A DNA stretch of 63,603 bases, counting the filler, from Welwitschia mirabilis (Eukaryota): assembly GCA_051453625.1 (NCBI GenBank). It is 7 parts of one record of this genome, joined end to end, with 100 filler letters (N's around TTAATTAATTAA, not from the genome) between each part and the next. Parts side by side here need not be neighbours in the genome. Positions count along the whole stretch, not along the records: positions 21,267 to 34,502 come from JBOZIK010000001.1; positions 34,603 to 42,820 come from JBOZIK010000001.1; 5 more parts are not named here. One strand, 5' to 3'. The notes under the pieces were generated by a model. The model was not told the origin of the DNA. It saw only the letters and a list, made by a program, of their open reading frames with translations, and ran no database searches. Numbering within the stretch: the first letter of the stretch is position 1; the number at the start of each line of letters is the position of its first letter. A program made the position numbers and the translations under genes. This document shows, piece by piece, positions 26,400 through 39,980 of the stretch.

Positions 26400-28280
26400 T
26401 TTAATTATTAAGGCCATTCACTAAGGTCATTAAGCCACTTGAATTCATAGGTACATGAGAGGGGTGGATGGCAGTGTTTAAGTGATGATCATTAACTTTG
26501 AATGCTTGGCAATTTTTGGGATTTTCTATGAGAGACACACCATTTGGCAATGCTTGGTTTATTATGTAAAGACCGTTCCATTTGGAAACTAGTTTACCTA
26601 GGAACAAATGTGATCTCGAATTGTAAAGCAAGACTAGTTCTCCATCCTGAAATGTTTATCTAAGAATGTTTTGATCATGTACTTTCTCCATCCTTTCCTT
26701 ATTAATTTTTACATTCTCATATGCAACATTTCTGATCTCATCTAGCTCATTAAGTTGGATAGCTCTTCGTCTTCCTGCCATTTCAAGGTCCAAGCTCATG
26801 TTCTTAATTGTCCAATAAGCTCCATGTTCAAGTTCCACAAGGAAATGACAAGCTTCACCCTAGACCAACGAAAACGTCATTTAATAAGATTAGTCCTTCC
26901 TAGTTGAGCTGACAACTTTCGACAGTATATTTTTTATTTCTCTATTAGTAACCTCAATTTGTCCACTAGTCTAGGGGTGGTAAGGAGTTGGAACATTGTA
27001 ACCCCATGTTTGGTAAGAAGCTGGTTGAATATGCTATTGCAAAAGTGAGTACCGTCATCCCTAATCAAGACCCTAGGGCAACCAAATTTAGTCAAAATAT
27101 TTTCCTTAAAGAACTTCACTACAGTTTGGGCATTATTGTTCTTGCAACCACATGCTTTTACCCATTTAATGACATAATCAACATAAACAAAGATGTATTG
27201 GTATCCATTAGAAGAGGGATACGAGCCTTGAAAATCAGTACCCCAAACATTGGAAGGTTCAACTACCAAGATGGGGTTTAAAGGCATCATGTCTCTTCTC
27301 ATAAGGCTTCCCAATTTTTGGCAATTTTCGCAAGCTTTGAATAGAGATATATGTCCTTGAAAATTAAAGGCCAATAAAAACTAGATTAAAGAATCTTAGT
27401 GGCAGACTTATTAACAGACTAATGTCCTCCACAAGCCTCAAAATGACAAAGTTTAAGGATATTGTGGATTCTAGATTGAGGAATGCATCTGCAAATAATA
27501 TGGTCAAGGCAATATTTAAATAGATGAGGACTATCCCAAACAAAGTATTTAACTTGCCTTAGGAATTTCGTCCTATCATTATGAGTTCAATGAGGGGAAA
27601 TGACCTTGGAGAATAAGTAATCGGTAATGTCAGCGAACCAAGGAACCTCTGAAATGGAGAAAAAATGTTCATCTGGAAAAGTGTCATCATTAGGAAGGGA
27701 CTCATGTAGAACGTTTTGTGTGACACGAGAAACATGGTCAACTACAACATGGTCGAAACCCTCTTTATCTTTGATTTCCAAGCCAAATTCCTATAATAGT
27801 AAGACCCATCTGATTAATCTTGGGTTGGAATCTTTCTTGGCAAAAAAATATCTAAGGGCCAAATGAACAGTGTAGATAGTGACCTTAGAACCAAGAAGAT
27901 ATTGCCTAAATTTTTCTAGTGCAAAGACTACTATAAGGAGCTCTTTCTCAGTTACTATGTAATTCAATTGAGTGTCACTCAATGTTTTACTTGCATAATA
28001 AACTAGGTCGGTTTCTTATCCACTTTCTCCTAACACGACACCAACAGTGTAATCACTAGCGTCGCACATAATTTCAAAGGGTAACTTCCAAGCAAGTGGT
28101 TGGATAATGGCTGCAGCGTTAAGTTTTCCTCTAAGTTCATCAAAAGCTTGTTGACATTCCTAGGTCTAATCAAAAGAGGCATCCTTACTAAGGAGCTCAC
28201 AAAGCGTTTTAGAAATTTTGCTAAAGTCTTGGATAAAACTGCTATAATAACTTGCATGTTATAAAAAGGATCTAATGTCA
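26400..28280 (-). pseudogene. Athila-like pol fragment (RT end, RNase H, integrase)
   Basis: [45 protein letters not shown]; integrase VWGTDFQG...DDGTHFCN; C-terminal LYNSRSHLFLGKLVSKWNG. Confidence 0.92.
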
Positions 28281-31200
28281 AGGAGATGACACAGTGTAGG
28301 AGCACAGATAAGAAAGAATATAGGAAGTAGAAGAAGAAGCCCTTTTTACAAAGATTGATTTTTCACAGTGTTGTTCTCTTTCACTACAGTTCAAATCACA
28401 ACATTTTATATTAGGGAAAGAATATAGTTCTTAAAGACAAAGGTGGAAGGCAGTCATTCTTGATCTCTATGATGCCAATGCATGTCTATTAGCTATTGGG
28501 AGTAGGTGTACGCAGATTTCCTTCTGATTTGCATTGATTTGATTTTGATTTTCACCCAACATTGACTTTGCTCCACATTCTGGATGTTCCACTAGAAATC
28601 TCGGACACCCAACTACTCCGCAGTAATTTGCACATTAATCTAGGGTGTCCACTCAAAAATCCAAACGTCCTTGCATTATCCCAGTTTTTCCCCTACCCAG
28701 GCTAGACATCCCACTGAAAATCTAGGGTGTCACAAGTCCAGGATGTCCCAGAAAAAATCCAAGACATCCTAGGTCCTATGTAACCAATTTCTATGGCTAA
28801 GAAAGGTCAAACATCACATAGAAAAACTAGGACATCCCCATGATCTGGCCTTAGCTTTCGAGTTAATGAAACTTGGATTCCTTTGCGGAGCAGAGCATGA
28901 AAGATAGCAATGATCTTCACTTCAACTTTGATCTTTGTCAGTTGGTAAGAGACTTCATCTTGTTCATTCTAGAAAATCCTCATTCATTTGCTTTGGCAAT
29001 CTCCACCTTTTCAATGATGACAACCCTTGGAGTGTATTAGGAAGCAGGGAACCAGAAGTTAATGGCTTGTTTAATTTACTCCCCCTGAATTAGTGCTCTC
29101 TCGAGCATGAGTCGCATTTAAAACTTCAGTTAAACACAAGCATTGGCTATTTACTCAACCCTATTCGTGCTCTAGTCCCAAATGTATATTGCAAAACAAT
29201 GAATCTGCTATGCAAACACGGTTATAATCATTCATACTAAAAATTGTTATTGCATATTAAAGGAAACTGATATACATACTATCCAGCTTTGTCATCATTG
29301 AAAAACAATAAGGGCTACTCAATAAAACATGATGAAAAAGGCAAAAAAAAAAAAGGGAAAAAACAGTACATTCCATCTATTGAATTTCATCTAAGCATAC
29401 CTAAGTAGTTAAGCATGGCACATAAGTTTATAAACATAAGGCNNNNNNNNNNNNNNNNNNNNNNNNNNNNNNNNNNNNNNNNNNNNNNNNNNNNNNNNNN
29501 NNNNNNNNNNNNNNNNNNNNNNNNNNNNNNNNNNNNNNNNNNNNNNNNNNNNNNNNNNNNNNNNNNNNNNNNNNNNNNNNNNNNNNNNNNNNNNNNNNNN
29601 NNNNNNNNNNNNNNNNNNNNNNNNNNNNNNNNNNNNNNNNNNNNNNNNNNNNNNNNNNNNNNNNNNNNNNNNNNNNNNNNNNNNNNNNNNNNNNNNNNNN
29701 NNNNNNNNNNNNNNNNNNNNNNNNNNNNNNNNNNNNNNNNNNNNNNNNNNNNNNNNNNNNNNNNNNNNNNNNNNNNNNNNNNNNNNNNNNNNNNNNNNNN
29801 NNNNNNNNNNNNNNNNNNNNNNNNNNNNNNNNNNNNNNNNNNNNNNNNNNNNNNNNNNNNNNNNNNNNNNNNNNNNNNNNNNNNNNNNNNNNNNNNNNNN
29901 NNNNNNNNNNNNNNNNNNNNNNNNNNNNNNNNNNNNNNNNNNNNNNNNNNNNNNNNNNNNNNNNNNNNNNNNNNNNNNNNNNNNNNNNNNNNNNNNNNNN
30001 NNNNNNNNNNNNNNNNNNNNNNNNNNNNNNNNNNNNNNNNNNNNNNNNNNNNNNNNNNNNNNNNNNNNNNNNNNNNNNNNNNNNNNNNNNNNNNNNNNNN
30101 NNNNNNNNNNNNNNNNNNNNNNNNNNNNNNNNNNNNNNNNNNNNNNNNNNNNNNNNNNNNNNNNNNNNNNNNNNNNNNNNNNNNNNNNNNNNNNNNNNNN
30201 NNNNNNNNNNNNNNNNNNNNNNNNNNNNNNNNNNNNNNNNNNNNNNNNNNNNNNNNNNNNNNNNNNNNNNNNNNNNNNNNNNNNNNNNNNNNNNNNNNNN
30301 NNNNNNNNNNNNNNNNNNNNNNNNNNNNNNNNNNNNNNNNNNNNNNNNNNNNNNNNNNNNNNNNNNNNNNNNNNNNNNNNNNNNNNNNNNNNNNNNNNNN
30401 NNNNNNNNNNNNNNNNNNNNNNNNNNNNNNNNNNNNNNNATAGGAAGGTGCTATTGTCCCTTCTTCCTCATCTGATCTCAATGGATGTTGAAAATTTAAG
30501 CTAGTGTTTCCCAACTATCTTTGGAGATGAACCCATTTGACTTTGATAAGGAGGCTAGTTCATTTCCTTTCCTCTCAGTAGCATGCTTGGATCTCATCAT
30601 GATGCAAGAGAAGATACAAAGAGAGAGGGATTGTAAATGAAGTAAATGACTTGAGAGGGAGATAACTGAAATTTTTAACAAGAAGAAGAGGAAGATAGAG
30701 ATTGGAAATGGGGGCATCCTAACAAAAGATTGGGATGCCCTAACAAGGTTTGCTCAGCATATTAAACGTACCCATGATGATTTCCAATGTAGGATTATAT
30801 CTAGCTTAAAAATATAAATCATACCTGAGGGGAACATGCTTCAATGCCTAGATTCCTTCTTAGATACATGCATTGATCCTTGCTTAGTGCTTTTGTCAAT
30901 ATAACACCATGATCAGATGCCATATTCCTATTGGTGTATCCTTATTCATTTTGAATCAAGGAGTTCTTCCTAACCCATTACTAATTGCTCCTCCTTTTAT
31001 GATACTTATTTTGATCACTTGGGACTTTGCTCTTGAACCTAAAATTGTAACTATATCCCAAATAGATAGCTTTCTTGCATGGGTTCCATACTCTTGACAA
31101 TAAAAACATCTAAGGCTAACTTTACCAAAAGAATAGTATCTAGTCCTTAGACCAAAAAATTGAAACGTAGAAGAAATACCAAACAAGCTTCCAATACCTA

Positions 31201-32670
31201 ATTTGTCGAAGGGCATCTTACCTATTCGCATCAATTTGTTCAAATTATCTCTTCCATTGGCCAAGCATTCAACTGTTCTCTTGGCATTATCTAGCGCCTT
31301 CTAAACAGAGTTAATTTTGCCATTAGCATCTCTTAATTTATAGTCTAGATCTGTTACTTGTTTCTTGAAGGACACATTCTTCTTTCCAAGATCAATGCTA
31401 ACTTCACATAATTTCTCATACTTAGCTATTTCACTATCCTTACTATCAAATTCATTATAGTTTCCAACATTAAACTCATTTACTTAATCCTCAATCACAA
31501 GAAGACCAAAATCTGAAGGATCATACATCTCATCCATAGTGGATATCAATCCAAAGTGGAAAGACTCCCCATTATCACTTGATTGAGATGATTTGGCATC
31601 CTCCATTTCATCATGATCCTATATAGCTTACAAAGCTTTCTTCTTGTTGTGTTTGGGTTTCTTCTCTTTCTTCTTGCCAGCACATTCAAATGCAACATGC
31701 CCAAAACGTCGTATTAGATTGGAAGAATCCTTACTTTTTTCAATACTTCGTTTAGGGTGCTTTCTTGGCATTCTTGCTCCCTTTTTGTAGAGAAATCTTC
31801 CAAAGTTCTTAGCCAAAATGGTTAGATCATCATCTTGAAGTTCCTCACTAGATGTGTTGTCTTCCTCTACTTCAACACATGCCTTTAGACCAAAGCTTTC
31901 TTCTTTGGAGCTTCTTCTTTAGGTTAAAGAATAGCTTCATATGAGGGAACCTTTCAACTCTTCCACTTTGATTCTATAGATACCCTTGCTCTCTATGATA
32001 GCAATGATCTTGGGTCGGAACTTCTTGGTGGGACATCTAAATATTTTCCAAACTACTCTAGTTTCAGGGACTACTTCTCTAAGTCCCCATATGCTATTGA
32101 CCATGTCATTAATCTTACTCATGTATTCAGGTATGGATTTTGATTCCCCCATCTTCATGTTCTCAAATTTTTTGGTTAGCATCTGGAGCTTTGCATGTTT
32201 CACAATGTATGTTCCTTCATGAGCTCCCTTTAGCATCTCTCAAATCTCTTGTGCAATTAAGCATTGGATCACTTTGTTATATTCTTTTGGCGAAAGAGCA
32301 CAAATCAGGGTATTCATGGCCTTGGCGTTCAGTTGGGCAAATGTTTTGTAATTGGGATCCCATTCACTTCTAGGTGTGGGCACTAGCTTGTCATTAACCT
32401 CCTTGGTAAGTGAAATATACCCAAATTCCACCAAATTCCAAATATCACAATCTAGTAACTGCATGAAAATAGCTATCTAAGTCTTCCAATAGGTGTAGTT
32501 CGATCCAGAGAACAAAAGGGATCTAGAGATGGATTGGCCTTCTATGTAGCATGTAGATACGATCTAGGCGAACATGAAATCAAAGAGAACAGAAGGGACC
32601 TACAGATGGATTAACTTTCCATGTAGCTTGTAGATGGGATCTAGGGCAAACATGAAATCAAAGATAAAAC

Positions 32671-35600
32671 CATACTTGCACAAATCGGAGCGGATCGTGG
32701 ATCGCTTTTTGGTTTTGGAGATTCCGGATCGCCGGATCGCTCTAGAGCGGATTACGAATCGCTCTGGTTCGTAAACATTAAAAAAAGTGAAAATAAATAT
32801 ATTTTTATTTTTTGAAACATATCGTTCCAATTGTGTTGATAATAACTTGCAAAATTATAAACTATAATGTTAGCTTTCAATACTATGATTAATTTCAAAT
32901 ANNNNNNNNNNNNNNNNNNNNNNNNNNNNNNNNNNNNNNNNNNNNNNNNNNNNNNNNNNNNNNNNNNNNNNNNNNNNNNNNNNNNNNNNNNNNNNNNNNN
33001 NNNNNNNNNNNNNNNNNNNNNNNNNNNNNNNNNNNNNNNNNNNNNNNNNNNNNNNNNNNNNNNNNNNNNNNNNNNNNNNNNNNNNNNNNNNNNNNNNNNN
33101 NNNNNNNNNNNNNNNNNNNNNNNNNNNNNNNNNNNNNNNNNNNNNNNNNNNNNNNNNNNNNNNNNNNNNNNNNNNNNNNNNNNNNNNNNNNNNNNNNNNN
33201 NNNNNNNNNNNNNNNNNNNNNNNNNNNNNNNNNNNNNNNNNNNNNNNNNNNNNNNNNNNNNNNNNNNNNNNNNNNNNNNNNNNNNNNNNNNNNNNNNNNN
33301 NNNNNNNNNNNNNNNNNNNNNNNNNNNNNNNNNNNNNNNNNNNNNNNNNNNNNNNNNNNNNNNNNNNNNNNNNNNNNNNNNNNNNNNNNNNNNNNNNNNN
33401 NNNNNNNNNNNNNNNNNNNNNNNNNNNNNNNNNNGTAATAGAGCATTGTACTTGTATTACTTAGGTGCAAGTGCCATAATACAATAAGTCATTAGTACAA
33501 AATAACAAAATTACAAATTCAACCATGCAAAGTTGCAAACCACAAAGTACCAATAATGATCTAGATGCTTTTCCTCTACAAGTTCAAGGCTTAGCTTTTG
33601 AATAAGCCTTGTTTCTTCTAATGCAATGACTTGCTCCTCTGCGATGCTTCTCTCAAGAAAATCAATATCAGAAGGACCTATATCTGGTTGACTAGTAGCT
33701 ACTCTAGAACTCAAAAGATAGCGAGAAGGGTTGCCAAGGCTGCTGCTAGTAGAATGATCAGGATCAATTGATGTTTCATTTGGCACATCTGAAATCCACT
33801 CCATGATTGCTGAAACTCTATGATCATCATCAAGCATGTCTACAAGGGCATGCAAGTCCATGTTGTCATTTTCTGTGGAACTAGAAACTCGGAATCTTAT
33901 TTTCATATTATAGTAGACATTAGACAAGTTTATCCAATCATTGCATGGTTAGCTTTGTTCACTTTTTGGTGTAGATATACTCAAACGCATTCCAATTTCG
34001 CTCACATCCTGAAACAGTGCCTCATTATCGTAAAATATTGCAATTGCCTCCTTTGCTATGTTCATTGCCTCATATTTTTGCCATTGGACAATTATCCCCA
34101 TCAACAATGCAAAATACATGGGCAAGGGGCTCACCAACCTACATGAAAATATGGAAAAGTTGTCCACGAAATCTAAATGACATGTACAAAACTATAGGTT
34201 AATGTGTGAAAGTCTAAAACTTTGATTCATATTTAATATATAATAATACATTTTTAAATTTACCATCAGGAGAAGTACGATATTGGAGAAAGTCTTCTCC
34301 ATTTAGCCAGCTATCAGAAGCAAAAGCTTGCATAAGTTGTAAGTGCTTACTCTCCAAACTTTTTAATGTGAGGAAGTGTGTGGCCAAACGAGTTGTTGTA
34401 GGGCTCACAAGATCTTTTCCTTCAATGTACTTCCTCACAAGACTTAATATGATACCATGGTTGTAAACAAATTTGCCAATTTGTTTAGCTCCATTAATGG
34501 CCNNNNNNNNNNNNNNNNNNNNNNNNNNNNNNNNNNNNNNNNNNNNTTAATTAATTAANNNNNNNNNNNNNNNNNNNNNNNNNNNNNNNNNNNNNNNNNN
34601 NNAGATGCAAGATGTTGAAGTTTGTAATCAACAACACACCCTTACGGCCTTACATAGATCAAAAATACTGAAGAAAGCAAGAGTAAGTAATTGATAGTTG
34701 CAGTAGAACAAATTTAATTCTTGTTTCCATTCGAAGAAGGTTGTAACTCATATGGGAAGATGTTACAAATTTAGCATTAAGTTAAAAGTTTAGCAGAACC
34801 TCTTAACATAAGTTAAAAATTTAGCTTCAGGCACAAACAAATATATCCTTTTGAAGAGCGGTTCTTCTATTGTCTTCATTAAACATAATAAAGGTCAATA
34901 GGTCATCTTTGTTGGACTGCTTTGAATGCTACACATTCTTCCTTGGAAATCAAAACTTCTATTATAAATTATAGTAGATCTTTGAATTTAACCCGTATCT
35001 ATGATTCTATATAAATTATAAAGTTTGCATTTGTTTGATAACTTGGAAACAAATGCAAGTTTGCATGTTGATCCTACAGTATCTATGATAACTTGGAAAC
35101 AAATGCAAGTTTTGGCTCTATATAAATTACAAAGCTGATCCTCTACTTTGCTGTCACTACTGCCAAATATGCTATTATTAAGTTAGCTGCAAATATAACT
35201 TGGATCAAAACTTCAAAAGAATCAATAGAACGTACAAATGCTTTAATTTTATACTAGTTTGGTGATAATAATTGGCCATTTTGCAATTAAACTTCTGTAT
35301 AAAACATGTTAAGTACTTCTGCTTCTGAATGAGACAACATTGACATCATGAATGAGACAACATTCCAAGTCTAACAGAAAATGAAAATGGCCATTTCCAT
35401 GTCCAACCAAAGTCACATTGACATCATTTATGAATCTGTAACATTCCAAGTGACAGTCCAAACTTCAAAGAGAACAAGCTTCCATTGCCAATAGACTTCA
35501 GCACCCTTTGAATTAAATGGAACAAAGACTTTGCAGTGATAACTTTATTGACACAACTTGCAGATCATTTCATGCCATATTGCCTAAAAAACAAATGAGC

Positions 35601-36033
35601 AAACAATTTGTATTCATTATTGAGACTTACCACAAGACTCAAACAAGCTAAAAGCCATTGTTGTACCGCTTCAGAGTTCAGACTAAAACCACAGTTGAAA
35701 CTTGAAAGATTAAGCGTAGCTGAAATCGCAGTTGAAAGCTAGAAATCGTAGTTGAAAGTTGGAAATCACAGTTTTTCATCTGTCTGGTGCCTATCTGAAA
35801 TAGGGTTTTTATTGGAAAAAGCCTTTTTTTAAATAGATTTCGCAACTACGATCCGCGACTTTGCCAAATCATGCGGATCGCGATCTACGCGATTCGCTCT
35901 TGGATTGCGATCTGTGCATCTAAGAGGGCGATTCTGCTAGCATCACGATCTGACTCCGCTCCGAAGCGCAAAAAGTTGAAGCACGACCCAAAATTGCGTG
36001 GATTGCAATTCGGATCTGCTCCAGAAAACTATG
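32671..36033 (-). mobile_element. Defective hAT DNA transposon nested in the copia leader
   Basis: 8-bp TSD GATAAAAC at 32663-32670 and 36034-36041; TIR CATA(C/G)TT; CG-rich cggatcg subterminal repeats at both ends. Confidence 0.9.
33511..34502 (-). pseudogene. hAT transposase C-terminal remnant
   Basis: AKQIGKFVYNHG...KDLVSPTTTRLATHFLTLKS; KYEAMNIAKEAI; dimerisation-domain tail NVYYNMKIR; frameshifts and an apparent internal deletion. Confidence 0.85.
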
Positions 36034-39000
36034 GATAAAACACAAGAAACTAGAGCAACTAGGCTCTGATACAAATTATTAGGATCTAAAACACTTTAGA
36101 GGGGTCGATGAATAGGGTTTCTCAAAATAAACCAAATTACCTTGAAACAAATTTAAGAAACAAATCAGAAACAAGAAACAAAAGAAAGGTGCATGTGCAC
36201 CTAAGGTTTATAGTGGTTTGGCAATCCAGCCTACTCCCCTCTCAGGAGGTAATAACATTCAGCCTCTTAGTTCACTTAGCTCTAAACCAATACTTAGAGC
36301 TTTGTCCAAACCCTCCTCACTATGGGTTTCCTTCACTAAAGGAAAGCACCTTGCTGAATCCTCTACACAGGTTTTTAGTCACCCCTTTTCACCAAGGGTT
36401 CCCTTGACTATAATAAAACAACTTGCTCTATCACCAAAGTTAGATTTCTGCCAAAGAGAGCCTAATGAAAAGTGTGCCTCTTCCTTTGCATAGTACACCA
36501 ACATGTAGTACAATAATATCTCAAGAAGAGTATACAATGTAGGAGCAGAGATAGCAAAGAATTTAGGAAGTAGAAGAAGAAGCCCTTTCAACATAGATTG
36601 ATTTTTCATAGTGTGGTTCTCTTCCTCTACAATTCAAATCACAATGGTTTAAATAAGGGCAAGAATATAGCTATGGAAGATAGGCGTGGAAGGCAATCAT
36701 TCTCGACCTCTATGAAGCCAATGCATGTCTGTGAGCCATTGGAAGTTGGTGGGCCTTGATTTCCTTCTGATTTGCACTTCTTTGATTTTGATTTTCGCCC
36801 AACATTCACCTTGCTCTACGCACCGGACGTCCCACTAAAAATGTTGGACATCCCAACTACTCTGTAGAAATTCGCATGTAAATCTCAGAAGTCACACTTA
36901 GAAATCCAGATGTCCCCAACCATGTCTTGATATTCTCCCTTCTCAAGTCAGACGTCCTACTAAAAATTTGGGATCTCTCAAGTCTAGGATGTCAGAAAAA
37001 ATCTAGGATGTCCTAGGAGCCATTTAGCCTATTTCTATAGCTAAGAAAGCTCAGACATTCCACAAAAAAACTATAACGTCTCCATGATCTGGACCCAACT
37101 TGTGACTTGATGAAACGTGGATTTCTTTGATGAGCAAATCATGAAAGTAGCAAGGATCTTCACTCCAACTTTGATCTTCGTAAGCTAGTTAGACACTTCA
37201 TCTTGTTGATCATTAAACCCCTCATTTGTTTGCTCCAACAAATCCATGCCTTGGATGGGAGGTAAATGGTAAAGGAGGACCAGGGAAGGATACTAGATTC
37301 CCAGGCAAGTGGATACATTATCAACAAGATAAACCTTTTGGTGAAAGGGGTACCTAGAAGGTGTTCTTCTTCTTTCTCCTCCTCCTTTTTCCCCTTTTTT
37401 TCTTTATTTTTCTTTTTCTTTGTTTTAAATAAAATTTGTGCTTTCCACCCTTTTCCTTTGGGGGATAGGTAAGAGCTAAAGACAACATTTAAGTGAAAGG
37501 ACCTCCTCTTCCATATTCTAGGCACAAAGGATTGAAGCAAGGCCTCTAGGATCCACCCCCTAGGTGTGGAAAGACCTAGGAAGAAGGTCTTGGGAAGAAG
37601 GGAAAAAAGGGTTGAGAGAAGAGAGAGATGAAAGGGAAAAGAGTTGGGAGAAAAGAGAAGAACAGGTGAGGAAGAGGTGAAAGAGAAGCTCACCCTCAAG
37701 CAAAAGGAAGGAGTCTTCAGCCTGAGGAAGAGGCTCCTCCAAAGTGAAGGAAAAGCAAGCAAGGGGTCCTTGACCTTCTGAGAAGGTGTATTGTTAACAA
37801 AAAATCCTAGAGAAGGGATCTAGCTTAAACAAGAGCTATTTATTCTAGGAAGGCTCCTAGAGTTGCTAGAAGGTGAAGAGAGGCTATGGAAGAGGTGACA
37901 GAGGCCCCTTCCACATTGAGACCCCTGTTAGCATGTGGAAGAGGGAGTAAAGAAGGATCAAACGGTGAGGCAAAAGAGAAGAAAAAAGGAAAAAGGAAGA
38001 GGGAAGGCCTAAGGTATTTGATGGGGGTTGGGCTAAGTAACGACAAAAAATCTTCATAGATTTATTAGATTTACTCTTTTCTAGTCCCCTAGCTTTAAAA
38101 GGAACTCAAGAATACTCTAGAACACCTAGTGTCACCTAAATTTAACTCAATATGAACAATTCATGTCCATAAAAAAATTCGTTATCTAAATACAATGAAG
38201 TCACCACTTACTTTGAAGAACATCTTAACGGATGCCTTAAATTGTTAAAAACTGCTAGCTTGGTGCAATCATTGGCATCAATCTTGTTCTCCCAAGGCAA
38301 TTGCAACATTGTTAAGGAAATACAAGTACACTAATCATGCATTTTACTCTGTACTATAGTTGATATCTTAGCCCCATCTAAATCCTCTCTAATTCAAACA
38401 ATTACATGTATAGGCATTCATATATTGGAAAGCTCTCCTATACATTTTATGCAAAAATACACTACTAGAAAACTCCAAGCTCCTGTGACAGCCCATAGTG
38501 ACCTCCATGAAATACTAGCTTTAACCTTCTCCAAACCAAATATAACAATTCCCAATTACCAGTCCAAGTGAAACCACCCAATCCTTATCACATGCTCATT
38601 CTTGCTAAGCCTCAAATACTATTGTGAAATCAATGTGTAAAACAAAGAATAGAACGGAAACAGCAAACAAAGCACAAGGTTTTACATGGTAAGCAAAGCT
38701 CAGATCACCACAAGGAAGCATGAAGCACCCTTGAACAAGCAAATGTGCAAGACAAAATATTATGTGCTGAATCCGCTCAACAAGAATCTGGAATTTGAAT
38801 TAAATACAACTCCTGGCCTGACAAGAGTCAAGGTTCTCAGATTCAGAGTGACGAAATGGTGACATCAAGACCACGTTGATACTATATTTAATACGTTAAT
38901 GCAAGAAGAAAACACCTTTGTATTAAATGAAATGTTAAATTCATATGTTTTTACAAGATCCTAGACTTTGATAACTCCTTACAAAGACATATGATCTCAT

Positions 39001-39532
39001 ACAAAATCTTGAATCAAAAGCAAGGCTATTGTAAAAAGACAAAAGCAAAAATCATTGCCTGAGAAAACGTAAATATTGATAATGTTTTCAAATTCTTGTT
39101 TTTCTACAAGTTCTTGGTTTGCATGTTTGAGTTCATTATAATAGTTCAAGTCTAGCCTTTCTTTAATAAGAATCTTACCTAGATTAAAAGATGTCCTTTC
39201 TGTGAGCATGTGATTTATTCAAGAACATGATATTGTAGCATGTACTTGAATTATAAATTCAAATTTTTGATGCTATTTGCTTTTCATGCAGTTCTAAGAG
39301 AAAAGTTTTATTTTGCCAATTATGATATTATGTTTCCCTTCAAAATTAATCAAGTGATGAAAAGCATAGGCATTTTTGTTCTGAAATTCAAAGCAAGGCA
39401 TTTTTAATGATGCATTGGCATTAGCACTTCCAATGGAGAAGTTAAAGCCATGAAATTCAATTAAGTGCATGAAACATTGAGTTTTGCCTCAAAATCAGAA
39501 ATGATTGGAAAATGAAACCCATCACTCCACAT

Positions 39533-39980
39533 CAATGATGTAAATGTCAGCAATTCATTTATGTCGCTGGTTTAAAAAAGTCGTTTCGAGGAGACATGCC
39601 ATCATGTCAGCACAAAATGTCGTTGCAAAATGTCAGCGATTATTTTTAGAAAAAAATGTAAGAATGATTAATTTCATAATAGTCATAAACAGTATAAGCT
39701 AAAAAGAACTAAAATGAAGTAGTGAAAAAAGAATTTGATGTGCATAGCCCAAATATACAGTTTGTGATTCTTTTTATTCTCTTTTTTTTTTTTTGCTAAT
39801 GGCGCATGACATTTTGGGTTTAAGTTGTGACATGTCGCAGACTTTTACCAATGGCTACATGTCGCCAACTTTTTGAAAATGTGGGAAGTAAATGTCGTCC
39901 AGCAAAAGACATAAACCCTGAGGTTTATTGCGCTACATGTCGCCCAATTTTGGAGACATGCTGCCCTTTTTAAATCACTA
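39533..39980. mobile_element. Non-autonomous hAT element (MITE-like, 448 bp)
   Basis: 8-bp TSD CTCCACAT (39525-39532, 39981-39988); imperfect TIRs CAATGATGTAAA / TAGTGATTTAAA; many atgtcg subterminal motifs. Confidence 0.88.

Larger units (their letters stand above)
28280..37240 (-). mobile_element. Non-autonomous SIRE-like copia element (5' LTR about 36076-37240, truncated 3' LTR about 28280-28998)
   Basis: The two LTRs align; degenerate Met PBS near 36062-36073; gag 30950-32550; RNase H tail ILTKALSKDQCMYLRRNLGI near 30840-30905; PPT at 28999-29012 plus an extra AGGGGGAG near 29080. Confidence 0.85.

Noticed and set aside
29387-30514. Long ORF-track entries made of X
   Set aside because: They are translations of N gaps
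37160-38046. 200-aa minus-strand ORF or LINE 5' region
   Set aside because: Low-complexity purine/pyrimidine-biased sequence overlapping an LTR; no convincing endonuclease or ORF1 motif
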